Assembly (NCBI GenBank): GCA_031459535.1
Contig: JAVKIJ010000023.1
Span: 1 to 37,105, forward strand
Length of the DNA: 37,105 bases
Reading direction: 5' to 3'
Source of the DNA: Candidatus Fervidifonticultor quintus
Lineage (GTDB): Bacteria; Sysuimicrobiota; Sysuimicrobiia; Sysuimicrobiales; Humicultoraceae
The notes below the pieces were generated by a model, which was not told the origin of the DNA, did no database searches, and saw only the letters and a list, made by a program, of their open reading frames with translations. The position numbers and the translations under genes are program-made. Below, in pieces: positions 1 to 8,909 of this stretch; within the stretch, counting starts at the first letter, position 1, and every line of letters begins with the position of its first letter.

Positions 1-172
1 TGTCTTCCAGGAGGACCACGCCGGCCGCCGCCATCTGGCGGCCCCCAATCCCCTCGAGCCTGACGCCGGGATCCATGGCGCGGAGGTGGCGCGCCACCTC
101 CGCGCCATGGAGATCTCCCGAGACCTCTCCGGCAACGAAGAAGACGCGCCGGACGCGGTCAGGCCGCGCCAT
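1..172 (-). CDS. lpxB: Lipid-A-disaccharide synthase, N-terminal part (runs off window start)
   Basis: Manual translation from ATG at 172: MARPDRVRRVFFVAGEVSGDLHGAEVARHLRAMDPGVRLEGIGGRQMAAAG, containing the LpxB AGExSGD and GIGG motifs; follows lpxI. Not in the ORF track. Confidence 0.9.
   Translation of the reverse strand, partial: MARPDRVRRVFFVAGEVSGDLHGAEVARHLRAMDPGVRLEGIGGRQMAAAGVVLLED
72..111. repeat. Perfect 40-bp palindrome within lpxB
   Basis: TCCATGGCGCGGAGGTGGCG followed directly by its reverse complement CGCCACCTCCGCGCCATGGA. Confidence 0.95.
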
Positions 173-998
173 GAACCGGGCTGCCCAGCGGCGGGACGTC
201 GGCGGCGACCACGGTGATGTCGGCCGCGTTCGCCTCGGCGATCATCCGGTCCCGGTGGATCAGCACGGTGCGTCGGGCGTCGATCCCCAGGACGCGGGCC
301 GCAACATCGCGCATGGCCTCCACGGTATCCGGGCCCACGGCCGGGATGTCGAAACGGGGATCCTGATGGTTGCGGCTGGCCTTCACGACCACGGCGCCGG
401 GTGCCATGGCGCCGCCGCGCCGGATGGTGGCGTCCGTGCCTTCCGCAGCCTCGACGGCCAGGATGATGCCGCGGCGCACGACGACCGTCTGCCCGACGTC
501 GAGGTCGGCGATCCGGCGCGCGACCGCCCGGCCGAACTCCACGTCGGCTTCCTCGTCGGGGGTCGGCGCCCGGTCGGTCAGCACACCCGGCGGCGCCAGG
601 AGGTCGCCGACGAAGCTCGTCTGATCCAGCAGGACCATGCCCATCTCGGCCAGCAGGGCCGCCAGGCGTTCCAGCAGCGGCACGTCTCGGCGGTCTCGTT
701 GCACCCGCATGACCGCGTCCCGCAACGCATCCCCCTCACCCAGCAAGTCGGTGCGCAGGAACCGCCCGGCGACCAGCACCTGGACGACGCGGTGCGTCCG
801 CAGCACGCCCAGCAGCTGGCTCAACGCGCCCGGCGCGCACCGCTGGTAGTGGTCCGCGAGCGCGGCCAGGGCCGGAGATTCGCCCGACACCTGCACGCAG
901 ACCAGACCGCGGCCCCTGGACTTGACGGCTCTGGCGATGACCTCCGGGAACGCGCCGACCCCGGCGACGAGTCCTATGGCTCCGTCTCGCTCCGCCAC
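159..998 (-). CDS. lpxI: UDP-2,3-diacylglucosamine diphosphatase LpxI (DUF1009)
   Basis: IGLVAGxGxFP, DVGQTVVV, AVEAAEGTDATIRR and QDPRFDIPAVG motifs; lies between lpxA and lpxB. Confidence 0.92.
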   Translation of the reverse strand: MAERDGAIGLVAGVGAFPEVIARAVKSRGRGLVCVQVSGESPALAALADHYQRCAPGALSQLLGVLRTHRVVQVLVAGRFLRTDLLGEGDALRDAVMRVQRDRRDVPLLERLAALLAEMGMVLLDQTSFVGDLLAPPGVLTDRAPTPDEEADVEFGRAVARRIADLDVGQTVVVRRGIILAVEAAEGTDATIRRGGAMAPGAVVVKASRNHQDPRFDIPAVGPDTVEAMRDVAARVLGIDARRTVLIHRDRMIAEANAADITVVAADVPPLGSPVHGAA

Positions 999-1801
999 CG
1001 CACGATCCCCCGGTTGCGCTGCCTGGCAGCGCGGATGAACGACACGAAGTGCTGCACGGGCAGGCTGTCCCCGACCTCCCTTTCCACGGCCTCGGCCGCC
1101 TCCGCCGGCGGAAGCCCGGACATGAAGAAGAGGCGGAAGGCACGGTCCAGGGCGGCCCGGTCTGCCGGCGACACCCCGTGCCGCCGCAGCCCGACCCGGT
1201 TCAGGCCGACCGCGCGGCCGCGAGGGCCGGCGACCATCACGTAGGGGGGGACATCCTGCCGCACCGCGCTGAGCCCGGCGATCATCGCCAGGCGCCCGAT
1301 GTGCACGAACTGGTGCACCCCGCTGACACCACCCACGTAGGCGTGCTCACCCACATGCACCCAACCGCCGAGCTGCACCCCGCTGACGATAATGGCGCCG
1401 TCGCCGATCTCGCAGTTGTGGCTGACCTTGGCGAACGACATGACATAGGCACCGTTGCCGATACGGGTCTCCAGGCCTTCCCCGGTGGCGCGGTCCACGC
1501 TGCAAAACTCGCTGAACAGGTTGTCGTCGCCGATGACGATGCGCGTGGGCTCGCCCCGGTAGGCGCGGTCCTGCGGGCGGCCGCCGATCACCACGTGGGC
1601 CGCCAGCCGGTTCCGCCGGCCGATGGTGACGTGAGCGTGCACCACCGAGTGCGGCCCCACCACCGTATCGTCCCCGATGACCACGTCCTCCTCGACCACG
1701 GCGTAGGGGCCCACCTCCACACCTTCACCCAAGACGGCGTCTGGATGCACCACCGCGGTCTGGTGCACCCGGGGGCTGCGGCGTTGTCGATCAGCGTTCA
1801 C
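974..1801 (-). CDS. lpxA: Acyl-ACP--UDP-N-acetylglucosamine O-acyltransferase
   Basis: Hexapeptide repeats, IGGRPQD, HNC, VHQF, QDVPPY and GLNRVGLRR; GTG at 1801 preceded by GGAGG chosen as start (ORF open to 1846). Confidence 0.95.
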   Translation of the reverse strand: MNADRQRRSPRVHQTAVVHPDAVLGEGVEVGPYAVVEEDVVIGDDTVVGPHSVVHAHVTIGRRNRLAAHVVIGGRPQDRAYRGEPTRIVIGDDNLFSEFCSVDRATGEGLETRIGNGAYVMSFAKVSHNCEIGDGAIIVSGVQLGGWVHVGEHAYVGGVSGVHQFVHIGRLAMIAGLSAVRQDVPPYVMVAGPRGRAVGLNRVGLRRHGVSPADRAALDRAFRLFFMSGLPPAEAAEAVEREVGDSLPVQHFVSFIRAARQRNRGIVRWRSETEP

Positions 1802-1823
1802 CGGCGTCCTCCGCCCGTCTCCA

Positions 1824-2684
1824 TCACCCATCGCCCGCGCCCCCAAGTCGCCAGGCGATCTGTCGGGCCAGGGCGATGTGCAAGCCGTGCCCGGCGCGCA
1901 CGGCGATCACGTGGGCGTGCAGGGGACGGCCCAGCAGCGACAGGTCGCCGATGGCGTCGAGGATCTTGTGCCGCGCCAGTTCGTTGGGGAACCGCGGCTC
2001 GTTGACGAACCCCTCGGGCCCGATGACGAGCGTGGTGGCCAGCGACGCGCCCCGGGCGAGCCCTCTGGCACGCAGCGCCTCTACCTCCGCGGCCAGCCCC
2101 CAGGTGCGCGCCGGGGCAATGGCGCGGGCGTACTCGTCGACATCTTCGTGGAACTCCGCGATCTGCGGCTCGAGGGTGGCGCCGTCGGCGGTCACCACGT
2201 AGGTGATCTGCAGCCGACGGGCCGGCACCGCCACGATCATGCTCCCGCCATTGCTGGCCCAGACTGGCGCATCCAGGACGATGGGCCGCCGCGGGGCAGG
2301 CTGCGGGGCCAGCCCCGCGTGTTCCAGCGCATCCACGTAGATGCGGGCGCTCCCATCTCCGCACGGGAGCTCTTCGCCGTCGAGTTCGACTCGGAGATTG
2401 TCAATGCCCAGGCCCCTGGCCGCAGACAGCAGGTGCTCGACGGTCGCTACCCGCGCGGTATGGCCCAGCACCACGCCGCGCGCGGTCGCCACCACCTCCC
2501 CCAGCGCGGCGCGCACGGTCGGTGCGCCCGGCACGTCTATCCGGCAGAACGTGACCCCTTCGTCCTGGGCCGCGGGCACCAGCCGGGCCACGGCCGCGCC
2601 GCCGGTATGGAGCCCCACGCCGGACACCACCACGGGCCGCGCGATGGTCCGCTGAGCAGCGTCGGGCGTCACCGCGGCTGCCAC
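1824..2684 (-). CDS. lpxC: UDP-3-O-acyl-N-acetylglucosamine deacetylase
   Basis: QRTI..GVGLHTG, TVEHLLSA, DGSA, IAPART, RHKILDAIGD and GHxLH motifs. Confidence 0.96.
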   Translation of the reverse strand: MAAAVTPDAAQRTIARPVVVSGVGLHTGGAAVARLVPAAQDEGVTFCRIDVPGAPTVRAALGEVVATARGVVLGHTARVATVEHLLSAARGLGIDNLRVELDGEELPCGDGSARIYVDALEHAGLAPQPAPRRPIVLDAPVWASNGGSMIVAVPARRLQITYVVTADGATLEPQIAEFHEDVDEYARAIAPARTWGLAAEVEALRARGLARGASLATTLVIGPEGFVNEPRFPNELARHKILDAIGDLSLLGRPLHAHVIAVRAGHGLHIALARQIAWRLGGAGDG

Positions 2685-4462
2685 CCCAGGCGAACAGGGT
2701 AGAACGAGCCGGCCACAGGCATGGTGAGGATGGAGACGTCCCTGGCGCCGCCCGGCTCCACGGGAAGCGCGACGATCTCGCGATCTTCGTTTGGCCGCAA
2801 CACCCCCACGTCCACCGGCGCGCCATTGATGAAGAAGAGTCCCCGCGCCGGCCCACCTGCAGCGTTCGCCACCAGCGCCGTCGTGACCTGGCGCTCTGTG
2901 GGGTTGACCAGTCGAAGCCGGAAGCGATACAGCACCCCGTAGTCACCTACCAGCGGCTCGCCGGTGCGGACGTCGCGCAGGCCAGACATCACGCCCAGCT
3001 CGGCCACTGCCGCAGCGCGGTGAGCCAGGTACTCGGCGGTGATCTCGACCACGGATCCAGGAAAGGTTCCCCGGGGGTGCGGGAAAGCATAGGGGCCCAG
3101 GTCGGCGGTCACCGTGCGGTCGAGCAGCCACGGCACGCGCACGTGCACCATGAGCTCCACCGGACCACCCTCGATGACCTGAAACTGCATCAAACCCGAC
3201 ACCAGCGCCAGCGGCGGCAGGGCGTAGGCGGTGAACGTGGTGGTGCCGCCGGGCGGAACCTCGACGATATAGCCCCGACCGGCCACCAGCGCCTGGAGGA
3301 AGCGCTGCGTGGCTGCGAAGCCGATAAAGAGAGGATCGCCCGAAGGACCGGCGTGCCCGCCCATGTAGTGCACGCGCGCGCGTCCGGACCCGGGGTTGCA
3401 TAGCGTGATCTTGAGGACGCGGGCCTGGTGTGCCGTGCCGTTAAGGTGGTGATAGAGCAGGCGCGCGGGCCTCCCTGGCGCCAGGCGCTCTTCGAAGAGC
3501 AGCCCGTTGTCGGTGATCTTCTCCGGCCGGTTGCTGACCAGCAGGACCTCGGGATCGGCGAGCTGCACCGGCATGTTGATGACCCGCATCTGGATCACGC
3601 CATCCACCGGGCCGGCGTACGGGCTGCGGAGCCGCACCGTCACCGGGAGCGTCACAGACTGACCCACCGGTAGCGGCGCGAGAACCGCTGCGGCCACCGA
3701 TTCCATCGTGGCGCCCGGTTGCCGCCACACCACTTCCTGGAGCCGTCGTGCCACGGCTTCGCGCACCAGCTCCGGGGTCGCGGGATTGCCGGTGAGGAAG
3801 ACCTCGGCGCCGGCAGGGATACGGCCGGCCGGCGGTCGCACCGAGACCGGCAGATCGGTGCGGTACGGGCCGAGACGGAAGGTTACCGTCGTGCTGCCTA
3901 CCGTCCGGGCCTCCACCTCGGCCTGACCGTCGGTGAGCCGCACGCTCACGATGCGGGGGTCGCGAGCCGTTGCCATCACCGGCGCCGCGCCGGCAGCCAC
4001 GATGGACACGGATTCGACGCGCCCCGGGGAGAGCACCAGTTCCCTGCGCGACAGCACCAGGGGTCGGACGGCGAGGGCCTCTTCAAGTGCGCGCGCCCAC
4101 TGTTCGACCAGCGGGCCGGGCAGGCCGTGTCGGCGGACCTCCCGCCGCGTCACGGTGAGCACGGGCTGGCCGTCCACGATGAGTGTGGCCACCCTGCCGG
4201 TGGCCCGCGTCCTTACCACTGTCGGCGGTGGGAGGAGCGGGTCGAGACGGGCCGCGACGCCACGGAGTCGCGCCAGGGCGCCTCGTCCGAGCAGTCGGAT
4301 CACCGGCCTGCCGCGCACCCACAGCTCCGCTCCGGCGTCCGGGCCCGCCCATCCCCTCACAGCGATCTCGCCCGCGGAGGCCGGGCCACAGGCCGCGGGA
4401 TCGGACAGCGCGGCCAGCCACATCCCGGCCAGGAGGAGACCCATGGCGCCGTGCCGCGTCAC
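2669..4462 (-). CDS. Hypothetical exported protein (597 aa) with Ig-like/pilus-N-like segment and C-terminal SNxPE domain
   Basis: Long ORF with signal peptide, overlapping lpxD stop (ATGA) and lpxC start; [17 protein letters not shown] and GDYGVLY segments look conserved-like. Confidence 0.75.
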   Translation of the reverse strand: MTRHGAMGLLLAGMWLAALSDPAACGPASAGEIAVRGWAGPDAGAELWVRGRPVIRLLGRGALARLRGVAARLDPLLPPPTVVRTRATGRVATLIVDGQPVLTVTRREVRRHGLPGPLVEQWARALEEALAVRPLVLSRRELVLSPGRVESVSIVAAGAAPVMATARDPRIVSVRLTDGQAEVEARTVGSTTVTFRLGPYRTDLPVSVRPPAGRIPAGAEVFLTGNPATPELVREAVARRLQEVVWRQPGATMESVAAAVLAPLPVGQSVTLPVTVRLRSPYAGPVDGVIQMRVINMPVQLADPEVLLVSNRPEKITDNGLLFEERLAPGRPARLLYHHLNGTAHQARVLKITLCNPGSGRARVHYMGGHAGPSGDPLFIGFAATQRFLQALVAGRGYIVEVPPGGTTTFTAYALPPLALVSGLMQFQVIEGGPVELMVHVRVPWLLDRTVTADLGPYAFPHPRGTFPGSVVEITAEYLAHRAAAVAELGVMSGLRDVRTGEPLVGDYGVLYRFRLRLVNPTERQVTTALVANAAGGPARGLFFINGAPVDVGVLRPNEDREIVALPVEPGGARDVSILTMPVAGSFYPVRLGWQPR

Positions 4463-5484
4463 TCCCGTCGCCTGCGATCGAGGGCGTCCACCCTGGCCTC
4501 AAGCGCCCGGAGCCGTTCTAGGGCCTCGGGCAGCAGCGCACCGGCGGCCTCGATGCGGAGCTCATCGCGGTGCGGCCGCGCCGGGAATCCGGAGACCACC
4601 AGCCCGGGGGCCACATCCTTGGTCACGCCGGCCCGGCCCAGCACCGTGGCGCCGGCCCCGATGGTCACGTGGTCGCGCACGCCGACCTGCCCGGCAAGCA
4701 CCGCACCTTCACCGATGGTGACGCTCCCGGAAATCCCGGTCAGCGCCGCAATAATGGTCCCCGGCCCCAGCACGACGTTGTGGGCGATCTGCACCAGGTT
4801 GTCGATCTTGCTGCCGCGGCCGATACGGGTCTCGCCGAGCGTGGCCCGGTCAATGGTCGCATTCGCCCCGATCTCCACGTCGTCTTCGATCACGACCCGG
4901 CCGAGATGCGGAATCTTCAGATGCACGCCGTCCTCGGTCGCGTATCCGAACCCGTCGCTGCCGATGACGGCGCCGCTGTGCACGATCACGCGGTCGCCGA
5001 GCGCGCAGTCGGCATACACCGTCACCAGCGGGTGGAGCACGCACTCGACGCCGATGCGGGTGCGGGCGCCGATCACGGTGCCGGCGCCGATCACGCTCCT
5101 CGCGCCGACCACCACGCCACCGGCCAGCACGGCGTGCGGCTCCACGGTGGCCTCTGGGTGCACCTCGGTGTCGCTGGCCACCACCGCGGTGGGGTGGATG
5201 CCGGGCGCAGGACGCCGGGGCGGCGCCAGCACGGCGAGCACCCGGGCGAACGCCGCCCTGGGATTGCGGGCCCGCAGGGCCGGCTTGCGCGTGTGCGGAA
5301 CCTGCGTGCCGACCAGCAGGGCGCCCGCGGGCGATGCTTCGGCCTCGGGGAGGCGTCGTGGGTCGGCGACCAGCACCAGGGCTCGAGGGTGGGCCTGGGC
5401 CAGCTCGGTGACGGCCTCGATCTCCAGTTCACCCTCGCCGGCCAGCTCGGCCCGCGCGTGCCGCGCGAGTTCCGCCAGCTTCAT
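4459..5484 (-). CDS. lpxD: UDP-3-O-(3-hydroxyacyl)glucosamine N-acyltransferase
   Basis: [27 protein letters not shown] and [12 protein letters not shown] motifs plus hexapeptide repeats. Confidence 0.97.
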   Translation of the reverse strand: MKLAELARHARAELAGEGELEIEAVTELAQAHPRALVLVADPRRLPEAEASPAGALLVGTQVPHTRKPALRARNPRAAFARVLAVLAPPRRPAPGIHPTAVVASDTEVHPEATVEPHAVLAGGVVVGARSVIGAGTVIGARTRIGVECVLHPLVTVYADCALGDRVIVHSGAVIGSDGFGYATEDGVHLKIPHLGRVVIEDDVEIGANATIDRATLGETRIGRGSKIDNLVQIAHNVVLGPGTIIAALTGISGSVTIGEGAVLAGQVGVRDHVTIGAGATVLGRAGVTKDVAPGLVVSGFPARPHRDELRIEAAGALLPEALERLRALEARVDALDRRRRE

Positions 5485-5503
5485 CGCAACCCCCGTGAGC
5501 TGG

Positions 5504-5929
5504 TTACTTGAGTCGGTCGATGATCTCCTGGGTGATATCGACCGTTGTGCCGGGCCGGCTGTAGACCACCGGCCCCTTGGCGAGGACGCCCCGCAGGCGC
5601 TTTTCGCGCACCACCTGTTGGAGCGCCTGTTGAACTTCGCGGTTCAGCGTCTGTTCCAGTTCCGCGCGCAGCCCCTGCAGTTCCCTCAGGTACTGGAGCC
5701 GGCGGGCCTCCAGGTCCTCCTTGGACAGTTGACCGGCGAGGAGCTGGAGATCCGCGGTCATCGCGCGCTCCCGATCATCCAGTTCCTTCTGATAGCGCAG
5801 GGCCTTGGCACTTTCGGTCAGGATGCGGCGGTTGTCAACGAGACCGACCCGGCCGCCCACGCACCCCGAAGCCAGCACCACCGCCAGCACGAGGCCCGTG
5901 ATGGCCAACAATCCCGTTCCGTTCCTCAT
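5504..5929 (-). CDS. OmpH/Skp-family periplasmic chaperone, predicted lipoprotein
   Basis: Lipobox-like LASGC, VGLVD N-terminal strand, coiled coil, [11 protein letters not shown]-terminus. Confidence 0.8.
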   Translation of the reverse strand: MRNGTGLLAITGLVLAVVLASGCVGGRVGLVDNRRILTESAKALRYQKELDDRERAMTADLQLLAGQLSKEDLEARRLQYLRELQGLRAELEQTLNREVQQALQQVVREKRLRGVLAKGPVVYSRPGTTVDITQEIIDRLK

Positions 5930-5946
5930 GCTCGACTCTCCGTCAC

Positions 5947-7080
5947 CTACGATCGCCGCAGGCGCGCGATGACCGCCGGCGTGATGTCGATCACGCCCCG
6001 ATGGGCGATGGTCTGCGTGACCACCACATCGATGCGCCGCTCCTGTGCCACCGTCGCCACCTCGATCTTGATCTCGGCCAGCATGCTGTCCTCCAGGCGC
6101 ACGCGCTGACCGTCCAGAGCCTGCAGTTCCGCCCGCAGGCGCGCCGCTTCGGCCTCCACCTGACGCGCGTACTGCTCCTGGGCGGCCCGCAGCTGGGTCT
6201 GCGCGGTGTCCATCACCAGCTTGCGGCGGCTCTCCATCGCTGTGCGGAATGTCTCCTCGCGCTGGCGCACCGCACTGTCGAACTCTGCTCTCGCCTCGCG
6301 CTCCTTGGCTTCGATCTTGACCCTGGCTTCATCTTCCAGGGAAGCGACGTAGGCATTGAACGTCGCTTCCGCCTCGGCGGTGCTCGTCCGCACGAACTCC
6401 TGCATCTGCCGGTCGAGGGCCTGGGCGTGGGCGCGCACCTTCTCGTCGCGCTCCTTGTGAAGACGGTCGCTCTCGGCCTGGATACGCTTGACTTCTTCTT
6501 CGTTGGCGATACCCACCACGTCGGCCTTCACGCGCAGGTTCAGCAGGGGGATCCGGTACTCGGCCATCGTGGCGAGCTCGAACCTCTCCAGCTCGCGCTG
6601 CAGCTCGTCGCGCTTGGCCTCCACGGTCTTGCTCAGGGCCACGTTCAGCTCGCGCTGTCGGTCCGCCAGCTTGGCCTCCTGTTCAGCCTTCACGTCATTG
6701 GCATACGCTTCGACCCGGCGCTGGAGCTGCTGGCGCAACTCCTCCAGTTCGGCCTTCAACGACGCCTGCAGCCGGTCCGCTTCGGCCTGCAGGTCCGGAC
6801 CGACCTCGGTCTTGGGGGGCTCGGGTGCCGGCGGCGGACTCGCCAGCCGCACCTGCAGTGCACCGATCCGCCGGTGGAGCGCCTCGAGTTCGCCCCACCG
6901 CCGGTGCGCACGCAGCAGCGCCCCCAGATCGACCACCGCCACCCGGTATGCCGCAGGACGTGGAGACCCCGCCGGGGCTGGTCGCGGCGTCGGGGCCGGC
7001 GCGCCTCCTCCCGACGGTCGACACCCCACCAGGGTGGCGACCACCAGCAGCAGGAGGCCGGTTCCCCCGATGCGCCGCAC
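5947..7080 (-). CDS. Elongated OmpH/Skp-like lipoprotein with long coiled coil
   Basis: Lipobox LVGC, VAVVD..L..H N-terminus, IDITPAVIARL C-terminus, about 270 aa heptad-rich middle. Confidence 0.7.
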   Translation of the reverse strand: MRRIGGTGLLLLVVATLVGCRPSGGGAPAPTPRPAPAGSPRPAAYRVAVVDLGALLRAHRRWGELEALHRRIGALQVRLASPPPAPEPPKTEVGPDLQAEADRLQASLKAELEELRQQLQRRVEAYANDVKAEQEAKLADRQRELNVALSKTVEAKRDELQRELERFELATMAEYRIPLLNLRVKADVVGIANEEEVKRIQAESDRLHKERDEKVRAHAQALDRQMQEFVRTSTAEAEATFNAYVASLEDEARVKIEAKEREARAEFDSAVRQREETFRTAMESRRKLVMDTAQTQLRAAQEQYARQVEAEAARLRAELQALDGQRVRLEDSMLAEIKIEVATVAQERRIDVVVTQTIAHRGVIDITPAVIARLRRS

Positions 7081-7082
7081 GG

Positions 7083-7532
7083 CTACTTGCCCTTGATCTG
7101 TTTGATGACGGCCTCGGTCAGGTCGTTCCCGCCGTAGAGGACGACCGACCGCTCCAGCACCACCGACACACCCGCCTGCTTGGCGGCATCCTCGACCGCC
7201 GCACGGATCTCCTTGTCGAGTCCGCCGAGCAGCTCATTCCGCTTGTCCAGGATCTGCTGTTGGAGTCGGCGATCGAGCTCCTGGCGCTGGAACGCCGTCA
7301 TACCCTTGCTGCGCTCCTGGAACTCGCGCTGCTTGGCCTGGAAGAACTCCTGCAGCGCTCGCTCAGAGCTGGCCCTGCGGGGATGGCTGTCGAGGGCCCG
7401 CTGCATGTCCACATAGCCCACCGAGAACGACTGGCCGAGCGCGGGCGCCTGCCGCAGGAGCAGTACGGCGGCGACGGCCACGATCACGATGACGCCGGCG
7501 GCGATGATCACCTTCCGTGCGTCAAATCCCAT
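7083..7532 (-). CDS. OmpH/Skp-family periplasmic chaperone
   Basis: VGYVDMQRALDSHP and VVLYGGNDLTEAVIKQI; strong AAGGAGGTGA RBS. Confidence 0.88.
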   Translation of the reverse strand: MGFDARKVIIAAGVIVIVAVAAVLLLRQAPALGQSFSVGYVDMQRALDSHPRRASSERALQEFFQAKQREFQERSKGMTAFQRQELDRRLQQQILDKRNELLGGLDKEIRAAVEDAAKQAGVSVVLERSVVLYGGNDLTEAVIKQIKGK

Positions 7533-7607
7533 GCCCTCACCTCCTTTGCGCCTTCATCAGCCATGGCTCATTGTATCGTACCGTGTCAACGGAGACCGGT
7601 GGCCGCG

Positions 7608-8909
7608 CTAGAGATTGCTGACGAGGCGCAACCACACGAATCCGTTGGAGGTCGCTACCCCTTCCCAAGACAGAAACTCGTTGAGCCGGTACGAGATGGT
7701 ACCTTCGAAGGCCGTGGGGCGTGACGCGTAGCGACCGTGGAGCGTAAAGTCGGGCGACAGCCGATAGGTGAGGAACGGCGCCAGCCCTTCACCGTCGAAG
7801 CCCGTGGTGGCACCCACGCTCAGGCGCGTCCCCAGCTCGAACCGCATCCCGAGGACTGTACGGAAGGCAAGATTCGACGGGACCACGGTGAACTCCGCGA
7901 AGGGTTCCAGCGAGCCGAAGGCCCGGCCTAGTGTGGCCCGCACGTCAGGCGGAGGTGCTGTGGTCCCGAAGTTCAGCCGGGCCTCGAGCCTGCCGCGGTA
8001 GAGCGTGGACTCAGCCAGGACCGTGATGAAGGTGACCTCGGCCACCTGGAGCAGCGGCCTGGCCACCACGGCGTACTCCCTAACCGGGGGATAGGTGTCG
8101 AGATGACGCTTGATCAGCGCTTCCAGGTCGGCGCGGTGGGCGGAGGCGAACACGACGGGGAGCCCGCGCAGCGGTTCGGCCATGGAGGCGACCTGCGGCG
8201 CATGCCCGGACAGCAGGACATACGGTATGGACGTGGAGCGGAAGCGGACGCCGATGTCGCGGACGACGCGGTCATCCCGCGCGGTCACAGTGATGGCGAG
8301 ACGCGCCGGGGCCACCTGGATGCGCGCCGCACCACCGAACCCCGGCGCCGCGGCCGCAACGATCTCCGCCGCCCGTTGCTCCAGGATCGGGGCGGCCCAC
8401 TCCAGCGCCGCCAGCGGAAGGCGATCCGCCAGCCGTCGCAGCTCCGGCGTCTGGCGGTCGAGAGCAGCGCGCACCAGCGGCTGCACCTCGGCGTGGACGG
8501 CCGGCATCACGAACTCCGTCGGAAGCTCCCCAAGCACCGGCGGCCGGGGCTGCATCCGCAGAACCACTCCGGTGACCACGCCGGCCTGCAGCGCGACCTC
8601 GGCTACCCGGTAGCCGCCGACCACGCGATCGACGACCTCGCGCAGGACGGCCACCAGCGCCGCCTCCTGACGCGCGACGAGGTCGCTGTCGCGGCCGACC
8701 AGCAGGCGGGCCGCGGCGGAGCCGACGGACTCGGTGATCCGGCGCACGATCAGCGGGTGGGGCTCCCCGTCCTCGATGACCACCCGCGTTTCGACCCGCT
8801 GGACGGGATCGGCGGCGCGGACTGGAGAGACGGCGGCGCCGACGAACAGCAGGAGCAGGCCTAGCCTCCCCCACAGGCGCCGTCGCGGCCGTCCGGTGAG
8901 ACCGGTCAG
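7608..8909 (-). CDS. Hypothetical exported protein with C-terminal beta-strand-rich (possible OM barrel) region; probable CTG start
   Basis: ORF track starts at GTG 8783, but the frame is open upstream and encodes a signal-peptide-like RPRRRLWGRLGLLLLFVGAAVSPVRA|AD; in-frame CTG at 8909 overlaps the bamA TGA. Confidence 0.7.
   Translation of the reverse strand: MTGLTGRPRRRLWGRLGLLLLFVGAAVSPVRAADPVQRVETRVVIEDGEPHPLIVRRITESVGSAAARLLVGRDSDLVARQEAALVAVLREVVDRVVGGYRVAEVALQAGVVTGVVLRMQPRPPVLGELPTEFVMPAVHAEVQPLVRAALDRQTPELRRLADRLPLAALEWAAPILEQRAAEIVAAAAPGFGGAARIQVAPARLAITVTARDDRVVRDIGVRFRSTSIPYVLLSGHAPQVASMAEPLRGLPVVFASAHRADLEALIKRHLDTYPPVREYAVVARPLLQVAEVTFITVLAESTLYRGRLEARLNFGTTAPPPDVRATLGRAFGSLEPFAEFTVVPSNLAFRTVLGMRFELGTRLSVGATTGFDGEGLAPFLTYRLSPDFTLHGRYASRPTAFEGTISYRLNEFLSWEGVATSNGFVWLRLVSNL

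Noticed and set aside
75-6109. Long plus-strand ORFs (75-1244, 1049-2005, 3719-6109) and similar ones elsewhere (e.g. 16165-17634, 33608-35395)
   Set aside because: Antisense shadows of well-supported minus-strand genes in high-GC DNA; no recognisable motifs
7570-7590. TTGACA...TACAAT upstream of the first ompH
   Set aside because: Spacer is only 8 nt, so this is not a canonical -35/-10 pair; the -10 alone may be real but is unsupported
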